A stretch of DNA of 64,000 nucleotides, taken from an uncultured Prochlorococcus sp. Its GTDB lineage: Bacteria; Cyanobacteriota; Cyanobacteriia; PCC-6307; Cyanobiaceae. The stretch lies in assembly GCA_902612005.1 (NCBI GenBank), contig CACMCA010000003.1:33756-97755 (forward strand). Direction: 5' to 3'. The translations under genes were made by a program, and so were the position numbers. The notes under the pieces are model-generated. The model did not search any database. It saw only the letters and a list, made by a program, of their open reading frames with translations, and was not told the origin of the DNA. The number at the start of each line of letters is the position of its first letter. Within the stretch, counting starts at the first letter, position 1. This document shows, one piece after another, positions 43,367 through 54,489 of the stretch.

Positions 43367-44554
43367 ATGGCTCAGCTAGAGACTAGAACAGAACCAATGG
43401 TGGTCAATTTTGGCCCTCATCATCCCTCCATGCATGGGGTTTTAAGGTTAGTTGTAACTCTTGATGGTGAGAATGTCATTGATTGTGAGCCAGTAATTGG
43501 ATATTTACATAGAGGAATGGAAAAGATAGCTGAAAATAGGACAAATGTAATGTATGTTCCTTATGTAAGCAGAATGGATTATGCAGCAGGAATGTTTTAT
43601 GAAGCTATTGTAGTAAATGCTCCTGAAAGACTAGCTAATATTCCAGTTCCTAAAAGAGCCAGTTACATCAGAGTTCTAATGCTAGAACTCAATCGTATTG
43701 CTAATCATCTTTTGTGGCTCGGTCCCTTTTTGGCAGACGTAGGAGCTCAAACTCCATTTTTCTATATTTTTAGAGAAAGAGAAATGATATATGATCTCTG
43801 GGAAGCTGCTACTGGACAGAGGCTGATAAATAATAATTTCTTTAGGATAGGTGGTGTAGCATGTGATCTTCCATACGGATGGTTAGAAAAATGTATAGAC
43901 TTTTGTGATTGGTTTGGACCTAAGATTGATGAATATGAAAAATTAATCACAAATAATCCAATTTTTAGAAAAAGAATTGAAGGTCTGGGAACAATACAAA
44001 GAGATCAAGCAATTAATTGGTCTTTGTCTGGGCCAATGCTTAGAGCTTCTGGAGTTTCCTGGGATTTAAGAAAAGTCGATAGTTATGAATGTTATGACGA
44101 TTTTGATTGGCAGATTGCTTCAGAAAAAGAAGGAGATTGTTATGCAAGATATCGAGTAAGAGTTGAAGAGATGAGACAATCACTTAGCATCATTCGCCAA
44201 GCTTGCAAAATGATTCCAGGAGGGCCAACCGAAAATTTAGAAGCCCAAAGAATGGCGACTGAAGATAAGAAGAGTGAAATATTTGGTATTGACTATCAAT
44301 ATGTAGCTAAGAAAGTTGCTCCAACATTTAAAATCCCTAACGGAGAATTGTATACAAGATTAGAGTCCGGAAAAGGAGAAATAGGTGTATTTATACAAGG
44401 AAATAATGAAGTCACCCCATGGAGATTTAAAATCAGAGCAGCTGATTTAAATAATCTGCAAATATTACCTCATATTCTTAAAGGTGCTAAAATTGCCGAT
44501 ATTATGGCAATCCTTGGCTCAATAGACGTCATTATGGGATCTGTTGATAGATAA
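43367..44554 (+). CDS. ndhH: NDH-1 subunit H
   Basis: [25 protein letters not shown]-terminal GSVDR. Confidence 0.98.
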
Positions 44555-44563
44555 GTTCTTTAA

Positions 44564-45016
<453 letters not shown>

Positions 45017-45019
45017 TTA

Positions 45020-46222
45020 TTATTTGTTAAATTTATAGTTTATATTTTCTGAAATGGTGTTTTTGTTTTTAACAATCCACTTTTCTGGCTTTTCATGTTT
45101 AGGCCAACTCTGAGAAAATTTTTTCAATAAATTTAAAGAAATTTCAATACTTTTTTTATTTGTAAGTTCTCTAAATTCAACAATTACTTTAATTTTATTT
45201 CCCCATAATTTGTTAGATACTTTTGAAATATTGAATTTATTAATTGGGATATTTTCTTTGATAATGAAATCATTTATTCTAGATTCAATTACTTCTGGGA
45301 AAACGATTTCCCCTCCTGAATTAAAAGCGTTATCACTTCTTCCAAGAAAGTTTAAATATAAAGAATTATTGATTTGATTAATTTCACCTAAATCACCGGT
45401 TTGCCACCAACCATTTTTATTTTTGAAATTTTCAGTTTTTAAAGTGTCTATTATTTCGATTCCAATTCTGGCTGATCTTATCTCGATTAATCCTTGTGCG
45501 TTAATTCTTATTTTTGTATCATGTAGTATTTCTCCAACATTTTTAAAACCCATTAAGAATTCTTTTGGTTTTAAACTCGTAACCATTGCTGCTGTTTCAG
45601 TTGAGCCGTAACAAGGTGCTAACTTTATTTTTTCTTTTATGCATTGTTCTGCTGTGTCGTCTGAAATTGAAGCTCCACCTACCCAAATTAGATCAAAAAT
45701 TTTCAGCCAACTAATTCCATCTTTTTGATCTAAAAGTCTTTGTAATTGGGTAGGTACTAATGATGTAATCAAGTGTTTTTTATTTTTTTTAGATTTAATT
45801 GTAAAAAGTAAAAGTTCTCGAGTTTTTTTTATCAAATTCGGAGAAATATTAATACAAGCACATCCCCAAGTTTGACTTCTAAAAATTGGCATTAATCCAC
45901 TTATATGGTTCAGGGGTAAAGTATTTAAAATTAAACAGTTTTGCAATTCAAATCCTTGTTCTATTAGCCATTGACCTGACGTAGCTGCAGATAATTTAAG
46001 ATTATCTAAATGGTGAAAACATTTTCTCGGTTTTCCAGAACTCCCACTACTGTTTAAGATAATTGCTGGCCCATTTTCAGTAATTGAATCTAATACATCT
46101 TTGTCTTCATAAAATTTGTTTTTTACATAAATAATTTTATTCTCTTTAATTTTTTCAATAATTTTCTGTACAGATTGAGTTTCGTTATTTTCGACTTCAA
46201 TAGTATGAATTTTATTTTTCAT
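45020..46222 (-). CDS. menE: O-succinylbenzoate-CoA ligase
   Basis: SSGSSGKP, LPLNHISG, YGSTET, TGDLG, SGGE. ATG at 46222 overlaps the menC stop. Confidence 0.88.
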   Translation of the reverse strand: MKNKIHTIEVENNETQSVQKIIEKIKENKIIYVKNKFYEDKDVLDSITENGPAIILNSSGSSGKPRKCFHHLDNLKLSAATSGQWLIEQGFELQNCLILNTLPLNHISGLMPIFRSQTWGCACINISPNLIKKTRELLLFTIKSKKNKKHLITSLVPTQLQRLLDQKDGISWLKIFDLIWVGGASISDDTAEQCIKEKIKLAPCYGSTETAAMVTSLKPKEFLMGFKNVGEILHDTKIRINAQGLIEIRSARIGIEIIDTLKTENFKNKNGWWQTGDLGEINQINNSLYLNFLGRSDNAFNSGGEIVFPEVIESRINDFIIKENIPINKFNISKVSNKLWGNKIKVIVEFRELTNKKSIEISLNLLKKFSQSWPKHEKPEKWIVKNKNTISENINYKFNK

Positions 46223-47184
46223 AGTAGATCCCATATCTTTTTTGCTTCATTTAAAAATAAAAACGAATTAGGGAATTTATTCATTGCTAAACCTGGAACC
46301 TTTGGAGTTGGTCCTTGTAATTGTAGAGACGATAAATGATAAAGCCATCTCTTCCCTATACCAGTTTCAAATGAGGTACTTATAGATATTAAAGCTTTTT
46401 TATTTTCTAATTCTCTTAAAAGCTTAACTGGATTATTTTCTTGAGAAGGCCTTCGAATTTGCCAACCTTTCCACTCATCAATCAAAGTTGGAAATTTTAA
46501 AAGTGATTCGTCTAAGGCTATAGGGATTTTTTTGTTAAGTTCTGTCAGTCCATCAATATCATCAACACAGAGAGGTTGTTCTAACCAATCTATATTTTTG
46601 TTATCCTTCAAAATATCAGCCCATCTATTAGCTATATTTCTTCTCCAAGAACCATTAGCATCTATTCTTAACTTAATATTATTGCCTATTTGGCTTAAAA
46701 TTTCCTCTAAACTTGCCTCTTCCTCATTGTTATTTTTTAATGCTACTTTCCATTTTATGGTTACTGATTTTCCAATATTAGATTGTCTTTTTTTAATTTT
46801 ATTTAGATCTGAAATTACATTTTCAGGATTCAACAGTATGGCTGTTTTATCAATTTCATCAAAGTAATAGTTTTCTTTAAAAATTATTTTTCCATCTATC
46901 TCAGCTAATGCAGAATTTATTGCTGATTGAATACATGGGTGAAAATTTTTTATTTGCTCAGATAAATTAAATATTTCTACATACTCAGGGATCATATCTA
47001 GTTGTTTCGCACACTTTTTTAAGTCTTCTTTATGAAGCGGTGAAACTTCTCCAAAACCAATTTTTTTATCATTACTTGTTAATTTAATTATCCAACCCGA
47101 TTTTGTAAGGTAAGTAGTTTTAGAATTTTCAACTTTGTTGGATAAGTTAAATCTATATGGTTTTTTATGAAGTATTAAGTACAT
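46219..47184 (-). CDS. menC: O-succinylbenzoate synthase
   Basis: Enolase-fold KWK, RIDAN, EQP and ALDES motifs, in men context. Confidence 0.88.
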   Translation of the reverse strand: MYLILHKKPYRFNLSNKVENSKTTYLTKSGWIIKLTSNDKKIGFGEVSPLHKEDLKKCAKQLDMIPEYVEIFNLSEQIKNFHPCIQSAINSALAEIDGKIIFKENYYFDEIDKTAILLNPENVISDLNKIKKRQSNIGKSVTIKWKVALKNNNEEEASLEEILSQIGNNIKLRIDANGSWRRNIANRWADILKDNKNIDWLEQPLCVDDIDGLTELNKKIPIALDESLLKFPTLIDEWKGWQIRRPSQENNPVKLLRELENKKALISISTSFETGIGKRWLYHLSSLQLQGPTPKVPGLAMNKFPNSFLFLNEAKKIWDLL

Positions 47185-48098
47185 TAATTAAGGAAGTGAT
47201 TAAATATTAATCCTGCGATTAAACCAACTCCATTAAGAGTTTGAAATTTTATTGCGATGAATTTACTATTTTTAATTAAAGAAGGTTTTTTATATGAAGA
47301 TCTTAATAAATTTATAAGTTTTATCGCTTGAGGAAAACTAATTAAATAAAGGATACAAAAAACTGGAATAAATCCAGTAGCTATAGTGAAAAGTTGAAAA
47401 ATATATATTGTAAAAATTATCCAAGGCACAAATTGATAACCTTTTTTTGCTCCTAAGCGAACTAAAGGTGAATTTTTTCCATGCTTTTTATCTTCAGAAA
47501 TTTGATGAAAATGAGAACAAAATAATACAAGAGTTGTCGCTAAGGAAGGTCCTGAACCAAGTAATAAAGAAACTTTCCAAGGAATATCTTCGAAGTAAAT
47601 ATTAGATGGATTTAACGCAATTAAGACTGCAGAGTAAGCAAATGGTCCAAATGCAAGCCAGCATAATGGTTCTCCTAAACCTTGATAGCCAAATCTAAAA
47701 GGAGGCCCCTGATATAAATATCCTAAGAAACAGCAAGCTGCCACTAAAATCAAAATGTTCATACTTGTTGATACTGAAATAATTGAAATTATTACTAAAC
47801 CAACAACTAAAGATGTATAAGCAATAAATGAAATTATTTTTTTATTTTTTACAAGATTTACAATTGAATGGAATTTAAATTCATCTATTCCTGTTTCTGC
47901 GTCGAATAAATCATTAGTTAGATTTTCCCAAAGTAATATAAAAATTGCAGCTAAAGTAAATGCAATCAAATTATAAATTTTTACCTTTTCATATTCATTG
48001 AGTAAATAAGCCCCTGTTATTAAAACCGGAAGTATGGCAACTGAATAAAGAGGCCATTTTATTGCTTGTTGCCATAATTTTTTTTTATCTTCGTCCAT
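47184..48098 (-). CDS. menA: DHNA phytyltransferase
   Basis: AIKWPLYSVA, NDLFD, YQGPPFR..Y.GLGE, SHFHQ..ED. Confidence 0.92.
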   Translation of the reverse strand: MDEDKKKLWQQAIKWPLYSVAILPVLITGAYLLNEYEKVKIYNLIAFTLAAIFILLWENLTNDLFDAETGIDEFKFHSIVNLVKNKKIISFIAYTSLVVGLVIISIISVSTSMNILILVAACCFLGYLYQGPPFRFGYQGLGEPLCWLAFGPFAYSAVLIALNPSNIYFEDIPWKVSLLLGSGPSLATTLVLFCSHFHQISEDKKHGKNSPLVRLGAKKGYQFVPWIIFTIYIFQLFTIATGFIPVFCILYLISFPQAIKLINLLRSSYKKPSLIKNSKFIAIKFQTLNGVGLIAGLIFNHFLN

Positions 48099-48199
48099 TT
48101 TTAACTAACAAACAAAATTAGATAATTATTAAATGTAGTTTATAAATTGAGTTACATTTTTTACTTTATTGCATGATTTTTAGTTATTTTCAATAAGTA

Positions 48200-49612
48200 A
48201 TGAAAAATGATTTAAACTTAACAGATTTTTTAAAAGATGTATTTACCTCTTTCGATAAGAAAGTGGAAAATTCTGGATTAGTTAGTATTTGTGTTGAGAT
48301 TCCTTGTATTGATTTATTTCAAGTGTATGAATTGTTTATAAATAAATATCCGTTTTCTTCATTTTGGGAGGAATCTGATGGCATTTCATATATTGCTTTC
48401 GAGAAATGTAAATATATTACTTTGGATGGTCCAAAAAGATTTGAGGTAGCAAAAGAGTTTAATTCGGAGAATTTTAAAAATTTAATTAACTTAACGAATG
48501 AATCAAATAATTCTGCACTTTCAAAAATAATTTATTTATTTTCTTTCTCTGAAAATTTGAATCACAAGAATTTATCTTCAGATATCCCAAGTTTGGAAGC
48601 CATTCTACCAAAAATATTAATTACTAAAAGTGATAAGAATTGCTGGTTAAGAATCAATGGTCATGTTGAAGGTAAATCATCATTAAGAACATTAATTGAA
48701 GAAATTTGGACAATTAGAAATCAAGTTATTAATTCTTGCTCAGAAATAATAAAATCATCCGGCTTAAAAACTAGTCTTAATTTACCTATTTTTGATGATT
48801 TCTCACGCTCTTTAGAAAATTCTAATACAAGTTTGAAAAAAGTAGTAAATAGAGGAATTCAATTGGTAGAAAAAGGTATTCTCGAAAAGATAGTTTTAGC
48901 CAATAGGATTAAAATAAAAATTAAAAAAAAATTAGATTTAGTAGAAATTTTAAAAAGATTAAAAAAGAATCATCCAAATACATGCAGATACGTTTGGAAA
49001 AGAAATAGTAAGGATATTTTGTTTGGAGCATCTCCAGAAAAATTTTTTTCTTTTATTAAACCTAATTTAACTTTGGAGGCTCTTGCTGGAACTATCTCTA
49101 CTAATTCAAATTTTAAGAAACTCCTAAAAAGTACTAAAGATTTAAAGGAACATAATTATGTAACACAGTATTTGATTAAATGTTTAGAAGTTTCAAAAAT
49201 AAAAAACTTTAAAAAAAGTGATATCAAGGTAAATTCATTTGGAGATATTTCTCATTTGCAAACACTAATTTTCTCTAAAGTTGAAAATCTATGTCCTTTT
49301 GAATTGCTTAAAAACTTACATCCATCTCCGGCTGTTTGTGGTTACCCCAAAAATCCAGCTTTGGATTGGATAAACACTCTTGAGTCTTTTCCTAGGGGAA
49401 ATTATGCTTCTCCAATGGGTTGGGTTGATTCATCAGGAAATGCTTCATTTCTTCTAACAATAAGAGGAGCTCGGTATATTGAAGAAAATATTGAATTTAC
49501 CGCCGGTTCAGGTATAGTTTCAGGCTCAGTTTTAGAGAAAGAAATAGGTGAGATTAAATTAAAATTTGAATCTATAGCAAAACAAATATTTTTCGCTAAA
49601 AATCCTAGATAA
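48200..49612 (+). CDS. menF: Isochorismate synthase
   Basis: [30 protein letters not shown]. Confidence 0.9.
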   Translation: MKNDLNLTDFLKDVFTSFDKKVENSGLVSICVEIPCIDLFQVYELFINKYPFSSFWEESDGISYIAFEKCKYITLDGPKRFEVAKEFNSENFKNLINLTNESNNSALSKIIYLFSFSENLNHKNLSSDIPSLEAILPKILITKSDKNCWLRINGHVEGKSSLRTLIEEIWTIRNQVINSCSEIIKSSGLKTSLNLPIFDDFSRSLENSNTSLKKVVNRGIQLVEKGILEKIVLANRIKIKIKKKLDLVEILKRLKKNHPNTCRYVWKRNSKDILFGASPEKFFSFIKPNLTLEALAGTISTNSNFKKLLKSTKDLKEHNYVTQYLIKCLEVSKIKNFKKSDIKVNSFGDISHLQTLIFSKVENLCPFELLKNLHPSPAVCGYPKNPALDWINTLESFPRGNYASPMGWVDSSGNASFLLTIRGARYIEENIEFTAGSGIVSGSVLEKEIGEIKLKFESIAKQIFFAKNPR

Positions 49613-50528
49613 TTTCCACTAATTTTTCAATAACTTCCTCTGAAACATTCTTATTGGATAAATTTTCTATTTCTCTTAAACCTGTTGGACTGGTTACATT
49701 AATCTCACTAAGCATTCCATTTATTACATCAATACCTACAAAAAATAAACCCTCATCTTTGAAGTGTTGAGATAATTCTTTACAGATACTTATTTCTTTT
49801 TCGGTTAATAATGTTGGTTCAGCCTTTCCTCCCATTGCTAAATTACTCCTAAAATCGCCTCCTTGAGGAATCCTATTTATTGATCCAATCGCTTCACCGT
49901 TTACGATAATTATTCTTTTATCACCCTCTATGACTTCAGGAATAAATTTTTGCATCATAACGGGTAATTCTTCTTGAGAAGTGATTAATTCAATTATTGA
50001 TTTAATACCTGGAGAATTTTTATTTATCCTTATAACACCTTGACCACCTTTTCCTCCCAGAGGTTTTATGACTACTTCATTATTTATATTTGCAAAATTA
50101 ATAAGATCTTTTACCTTATTCGCAACTATTGTAGGGGCCATTAAGTGGCTGTATCTCAAAGCACCTAGCTTTTCATTCCATGCTCTTAACGATGAGGGTT
50201 TGTTGATTACTTTTACTCCTTTTCTTTCGGCAACTTCTAAAAGATGGGTTGCATATAAATAAGCCTCATTTACAGGAGGATCTTTTCTCATCCAAATGCA
50301 ATTAAATTCGGCGAGAGGTATGCAATCATTATCTTTTAAAGAAATCCAAGGATTAACTTCAACTTTTACGGAAGATGCCCATACTTCATCACCTCTAGCT
50401 TCAAGGTCCTGAGGAGTACAACTCCAGATTTCAATGTTTTTTTTTGAAGATGCTTGCATTAAAGCAGCAGTTGAATCTTTTAAGGGATTTATATTTTTAA
50501 TTGGATCTATCACAAATAGAAATTTCAT
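49605..50528 (-). CDS. gshB: Glutathione synthetase
   Basis: [30 protein letters not shown]. Confidence 0.97.
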   Translation of the reverse strand: MKFLFVIDPIKNINPLKDSTAALMQASSKKNIEIWSCTPQDLEARGDEVWASSVKVEVNPWISLKDNDCIPLAEFNCIWMRKDPPVNEAYLYATHLLEVAERKGVKVINKPSSLRAWNEKLGALRYSHLMAPTIVANKVKDLINFANINNEVVIKPLGGKGGQGVIRINKNSPGIKSIIELITSQEELPVMMQKFIPEVIEGDKRIIIVNGEAIGSINRIPQGGDFRSNLAMGGKAEPTLLTEKEISICKELSQHFKDEGLFFVGIDVINGMLSEINVTSPTGLREIENLSNKNVSEEVIEKLVEII

Positions 50529-50533
50529 AAGAT

Positions 50534-50788
50534 CTAGTTTAACAATGTGTCTAATTTATTTTCATTTTCTAATGTGTAGAGATCATCGCAGCCTCCGATA
50601 CCCTCATTATCTATAAATATTTGTGGTAACGTTCTTCTACCATCAGCTCTTTCAATCATCAATGTTCTGGCATCTTCGTCTCCATCTATTTTATATTCTG
50701 TAAAATTTATATTTTTTTTCTTGAGTAGAGATTTTGCTCGAATACAGAATGGGCAATATTGCCAAGTATAAATTTCAACTTTGGACAT
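50534..50788 (-). CDS. grxC: Glutaredoxin 3
   Basis: CPFC, TLPQIF, GGCDD. Confidence 0.95.
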   Translation of the reverse strand: MSKVEIYTWQYCPFCIRAKSLLKKKNINFTEYKIDGDEDARTLMIERADGRRTLPQIFIDNEGIGGCDDLYTLENENKLDTLLN

Positions 50789-50863
50789 TTTTTTAAAATA
50801 ATACTTAGTTTATACTATTAAACAAAACGCCTGTTAGATTATAAATAACGATTAAATTCTATT

Positions 50864-51986
50864 TTGATAGATATTACAGATTTCAAAAAAGATCTTTCGG
50901 AACTAACAGAGCGCCTGGGTAATGCTCAGGATTGTCTTTGACGTTCCGAGATTAAAAGCGAAAAGGAGAGAGTTAGAACAAATCTCTGCTCAGCCTGAAT
51001 TTTGGGAGAATCAAGAAGAAGCAAAAAAACAAATGTTAATCCTTGATGATGTCAAAGCACAACTCGAATTGTTAGATAAATGGAAAACTTTTATTTCTGA
51101 TGCTAATGCCTCTCTTGAGCTTTATTCTTTAGAACCTGAAGAGGAAATGATTGTTGAATCCAAGCAGGGATTAATGAAATTAAGAGAGAATTTAGATAAA
51201 TGGGAATTCGAAAGATTGTTATGTGGTGAATACGATAAGGAAGGAGCAGTAGTCTCTATTAACGCAGGTGCCGGTGGAACAGATGCTCAGGATTGGGTAG
51301 AGATATTATTGAGAATGTATTCAAGATGGGCAGATAATAATCAAATGAGTTTAATTATCAATGAATTATCTCAAGGAGAAGAAGCAGGTATCAAAAGTGT
51401 AACTTTTGAAATTGATGGAAAATATGCATACGGATATTTACAACATGAAAAAGGAACTCATAGATTAGTAAGAATTTCTCCTTTCAATGCTAATGGTAAA
51501 AGACAAACCAGCTTTGCTGGGGTGGAGGTAATGCCAAAATTAGATGAAAATATTTCTCTTGATATACCTGAAAAAGATTTAGAAATTACAACGAGTAGAT
51601 CCGGTGGAGCGGGAGGACAAAATGTTAATAAAGTAGAAACAGCAGTAAGAATTGTTCATTTGCCTTCAGGGATTTCAGTAAGATGCACTCAAGAAAGATC
51701 TCAATTACAAAATAAAGAAAAAGCTATGTTACTTCTAAAGTCTAAACTATTAGTGATTGCTAAAGAACAACGAGCTGCAGAAGTCGCTGATATTAAAGGT
51801 GATGTTGTGGAAGCTGCATGGGGTAATCAAATAAGAAATTATGTTTTCCATCCCTATCAAATGGTAAAAGATCTTAGGACTATGCAGGAGACTAACGAAT
51901 TAGATAGTGTTTTAGATGGTGGACTTGAACCATTCATTCATGAATTATTACGCATGAATATTTCTTCTAACGAATCTATTGAATAA
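50864..51986 (+). CDS. prfB: Peptide chain release factor 2, with +1 programmed frameshift
   Basis: SPF and GGQ motifs. 25 codons from TTG at 50864 end in CTT TGA C (50936-50942), and the +1 frame continues DVPRLKA. About 373 aa in total. Confidence 0.96.
50927..50942 (+). promoter_or_regulatory. RF2 autoregulatory frameshift cassette
   Basis: CAGGAT-TGT-CTT-TGA-C: SD-like AGGA upstream of the slippery CTTT and a weak UGA-C stop. Confidence 0.92.
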
Positions 51987-51989
51987 CTA

Positions 51990-52172
51990 ATGAAAAATAA
52001 AAACGAAAATATAGAAAAAAAAGTTGCTCCACCAAGCTTTATAAAGCTTGCTATGCGAAACATGGTAAGGAAGGGTTCAAAAAGTATTTCTCATTTTTCA
52101 ATAACCTTTCTAGTTTTAATTGGGATATTAATACTTGTAGCCACAATAGGTAAGCCCAATATTCCTGTATAA
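51990..52172 (+). CDS. Small conserved cyanobacterial membrane protein (DUF3285-like)
   Basis: PSFIKLAMRNMVRKG..S..HF plus one TM helix. Confidence 0.82.
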   Translation: MKNKNENIEKKVAPPSFIKLAMRNMVRKGSKSISHFSITFLVLIGILILVATIGKPNIPV

Positions 52173-52178
52173 GAATGT

Positions 52179-52718
52179 ATGACAGAAAAAATTATTTCTG
52201 AAATAAATTTAGATTTGGTTTTTAAATGTAATCAATTTTCTCAATTTTCAAATAAGTTTAAATATTCTAATAATAAGATTATTTTTGAATCTAATTTTTG
52301 GGAGAAAGTTTTTTTAACTTGGCTAAAAATAATTTTAAAAAAAGACGATTATAAATTACCAAATTTCATTTTTGAAAAAAAATCTTTCTCATTAGGCTTA
52401 CAGATAATATCTAATCAAGAAATTGCTTTTATGAACCAGAAGTGGATGCAAAAAAATGGACCAACTGATGTTCTATCTTTCCCAATTATTTCTGATGAAT
52501 CTCTAAATAATTTAGATCACATAGAGTTGGGAGATATATTTATATCATTAGAGATGGCAATTGAGCAATCTTATGAATATAAACATTCAATTTATAAAGA
52601 GATGCTCTGGTTGGCTAGTCATGGATTTTTACATCTTTTGGGATGGGAACATAATAATGATCTTGCTTTAGAAAATATGTTAAATTTTCAGGAATATTTA
52701 ATTACTCGATTAGATTAA
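52179..52718 (+). CDS. ybeY: rRNA maturation endoribonuclease YbeY
   Basis: [25 protein letters not shown]. Confidence 0.95.
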   Translation: MTEKIISEINLDLVFKCNQFSQFSNKFKYSNNKIIFESNFWEKVFLTWLKIILKKDDYKLPNFIFEKKSFSLGLQIISNQEIAFMNQKWMQKNGPTDVLSFPIISDESLNNLDHIELGDIFISLEMAIEQSYEYKHSIYKEMLWLASHGFLHLLGWEHNNDLALENMLNFQEYLITRLD

Positions 52719-52723
52719 AATCT

Positions 52724-53134
52724 ATGGGAACAAAAATAAACTCTTTAGAAAATAGAAAAGAATCATATAAAACTTCTAGGAATGTATTAAAAAGTTTTAA
52801 GTATGCTTTCAGTGGAATTAGTTACGTATTAAACACTTCAAGAAATTTTAAAATTCAATTAATTTTTGCAGTGACAAGTTTAATGATTGGTTTTTTACTG
52901 CAAATAAGTATAAGCAATTATGTAATTTTGATTGCCACAATTATGTCTGTCTTAATACTAGAAATATTAAACACATCTATTGAATCACTAGTCGATTTAG
53001 TATTGAAAAAAGAATTTAGTAGTTTAGCTAAAATTTCAAAAGATACTTCTGCAGGAGCAGTATTATTAGCTTCCATTAATTCTGTTATTATTGCTTTGTA
53101 TATCTTTGTTCCTAAAATAAAGTTTTTATTTTAA
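52724..53134 (+). CDS. dgkA: Diacylglycerol kinase (DgkA family)
   Basis: SFKYAFSG, RNF, EILNTSIE..VD, KDTSAGAVL. Confidence 0.9.
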   Translation: MGTKINSLENRKESYKTSRNVLKSFKYAFSGISYVLNTSRNFKIQLIFAVTSLMIGFLLQISISNYVILIATIMSVLILEILNTSIESLVDLVLKKEFSSLAKISKDTSAGAVLLASINSVIIALYIFVPKIKFLF

Positions 53135-53146
53135 ATCCATATAAAT

Positions 53147-53743
53147 ATGTTTCTTGTTATTGATAATTACGATAGTTTTACTTATAACCTTGTTCAATAT
53201 TTAGGAGAACTTTCAGTTGAGCATGAAATAACTAAAGAATTAATAGTTAAAAGAAATGATGAGATTACTTTAGAAGAAATTATCAAAATAAATCCAAGCG
53301 GGATCTTATTATCTCCTGGTCCAGGAAATCCAGATCAATCTGGAATTTGTCTTCCAATACTAAAAAAATTATCTAAAAATATTCCAACATTGGGAGTTTG
53401 TTTAGGTCATCAAGCCTTGGCCCAAGCTTTTGGAGGTAAGGTTGTAGTTGGTAAAGAACTTATGCATGGTAAGACATCCAAAATATTTCATAATCAAAAA
53501 GGGTTGTTTAAAGATATCGAGACTCCATTTGTGGCGACTAGATACCATAGTCTTATAGTTGATTCAAGTTCTTTGCCATCTTGTTTTGAGATAACTGCGA
53601 CTTTAGAAGACTCAACTATTATGGCTATTTCTCATAAAAAATATAAACATTTACACGGAGTACAGTTCCATCCTGAAAGTGTATTAACACAATTTGGTCA
53701 TAAATTAATTAGTAATTTTCTAAAAATGGCTGATCAAAAGTAA
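53147..53743 (+). CDS. trpG: Anthranilate/aminodeoxychorismate synthase glutamine amidotransferase (TrpG/PabA)
   Basis: IDNYDSFTYN, SPGPG, GVCLGHQ, QFHPES. Confidence 0.9.
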   Translation: MFLVIDNYDSFTYNLVQYLGELSVEHEITKELIVKRNDEITLEEIIKINPSGILLSPGPGNPDQSGICLPILKKLSKNIPTLGVCLGHQALAQAFGGKVVVGKELMHGKTSKIFHNQKGLFKDIETPFVATRYHSLIVDSSSLPSCFEITATLEDSTIMAISHKKYKHLHGVQFHPESVLTQFGHKLISNFLKMADQK

Positions 53744-53763
53744 AATACAAAAAAGTTAATTTT

Positions 53764-54489
53764 ATGATTTCTCAAATTAAAAACATTTTCTTCTTTATAT
53801 TATTTAGCTCTTTTTTACCTACCTCATTATTGGCAAGGAATTTAGTAATAAAAAGTTTGGGACATAGTAGTTTTTTAATTAATAGTGAAGAAAAATCTAT
53901 TCTCATAAATCCCTTTAAGGCAATAGGTTGTGCAAGTAATTTAAAAGAGCCAAAAGAAGTAAATGTAGATTTCATTTTGGCTAGTTCTAGGCTTTTAGAT
54001 GAAGGATATAACCCGAATGATCAATTAATGTTTGTAGAGCCTGGAATCTATCAATATGAGGATATTTTATTAAATGGAATTTCTGTACCACATGACAGAG
54101 TAGATGGAAGAAGATTTGGGATGGCAACTGTTTGGAGTTGGGAGCAGAATGATCTTAAAATTGTTCATATGGGAGGAGCTGCTGGTGATATTGATATTAA
54201 TAGTAAAATTATTTTATCTCGTCCAGATATCTTATTTATTTCAATTGGAGGAGGAATAAAATCTTACGATGGTGAAGAAGCCTCAAGAATAGTTAAAGTC
54301 TTAAAACCTAATGTCGTTATTCCTGTTCACTTTGTACGTGGCAAACAAATTAATAAAGAATGTGATTTCTCAAATGCTGATTTATTTATCGAAAATATGA
54401 AAGATTTTAAAGTAAAGTATGTTGGAAAAGATTTTAAAATAAAACCTAAAAGAATCGATCAAAATACAATTTATATTTTCAGTAATTAA
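53764..54489 (+). CDS. Metallo-beta-lactamase-fold protein with a signal-peptide-like N-terminus
   Basis: LGHSSFLI, HD..DG, VHMG, LKP.VVIPVH. The canonical HxHxDH motif is absent. Confidence 0.75.
   Translation: MISQIKNIFFFILFSSFLPTSLLARNLVIKSLGHSSFLINSEEKSILINPFKAIGCASNLKEPKEVNVDFILASSRLLDEGYNPNDQLMFVEPGIYQYEDILLNGISVPHDRVDGRRFGMATVWSWEQNDLKIVHMGGAAGDIDINSKIILSRPDILFISIGGGIKSYDGEEASRIVKVLKPNVVIPVHFVRGKQINKECDFSNADLFIENMKDFKVKYVGKDFKIKPKRIDQNTIYIFSN

Noticed and set aside
48151-48168. GTTACATT..TTAC as an RpaB HLR1 site between menA and menF
   Set aside because: The TTAC cores are 9 bp apart instead of 10, and the second half-site is degenerate.
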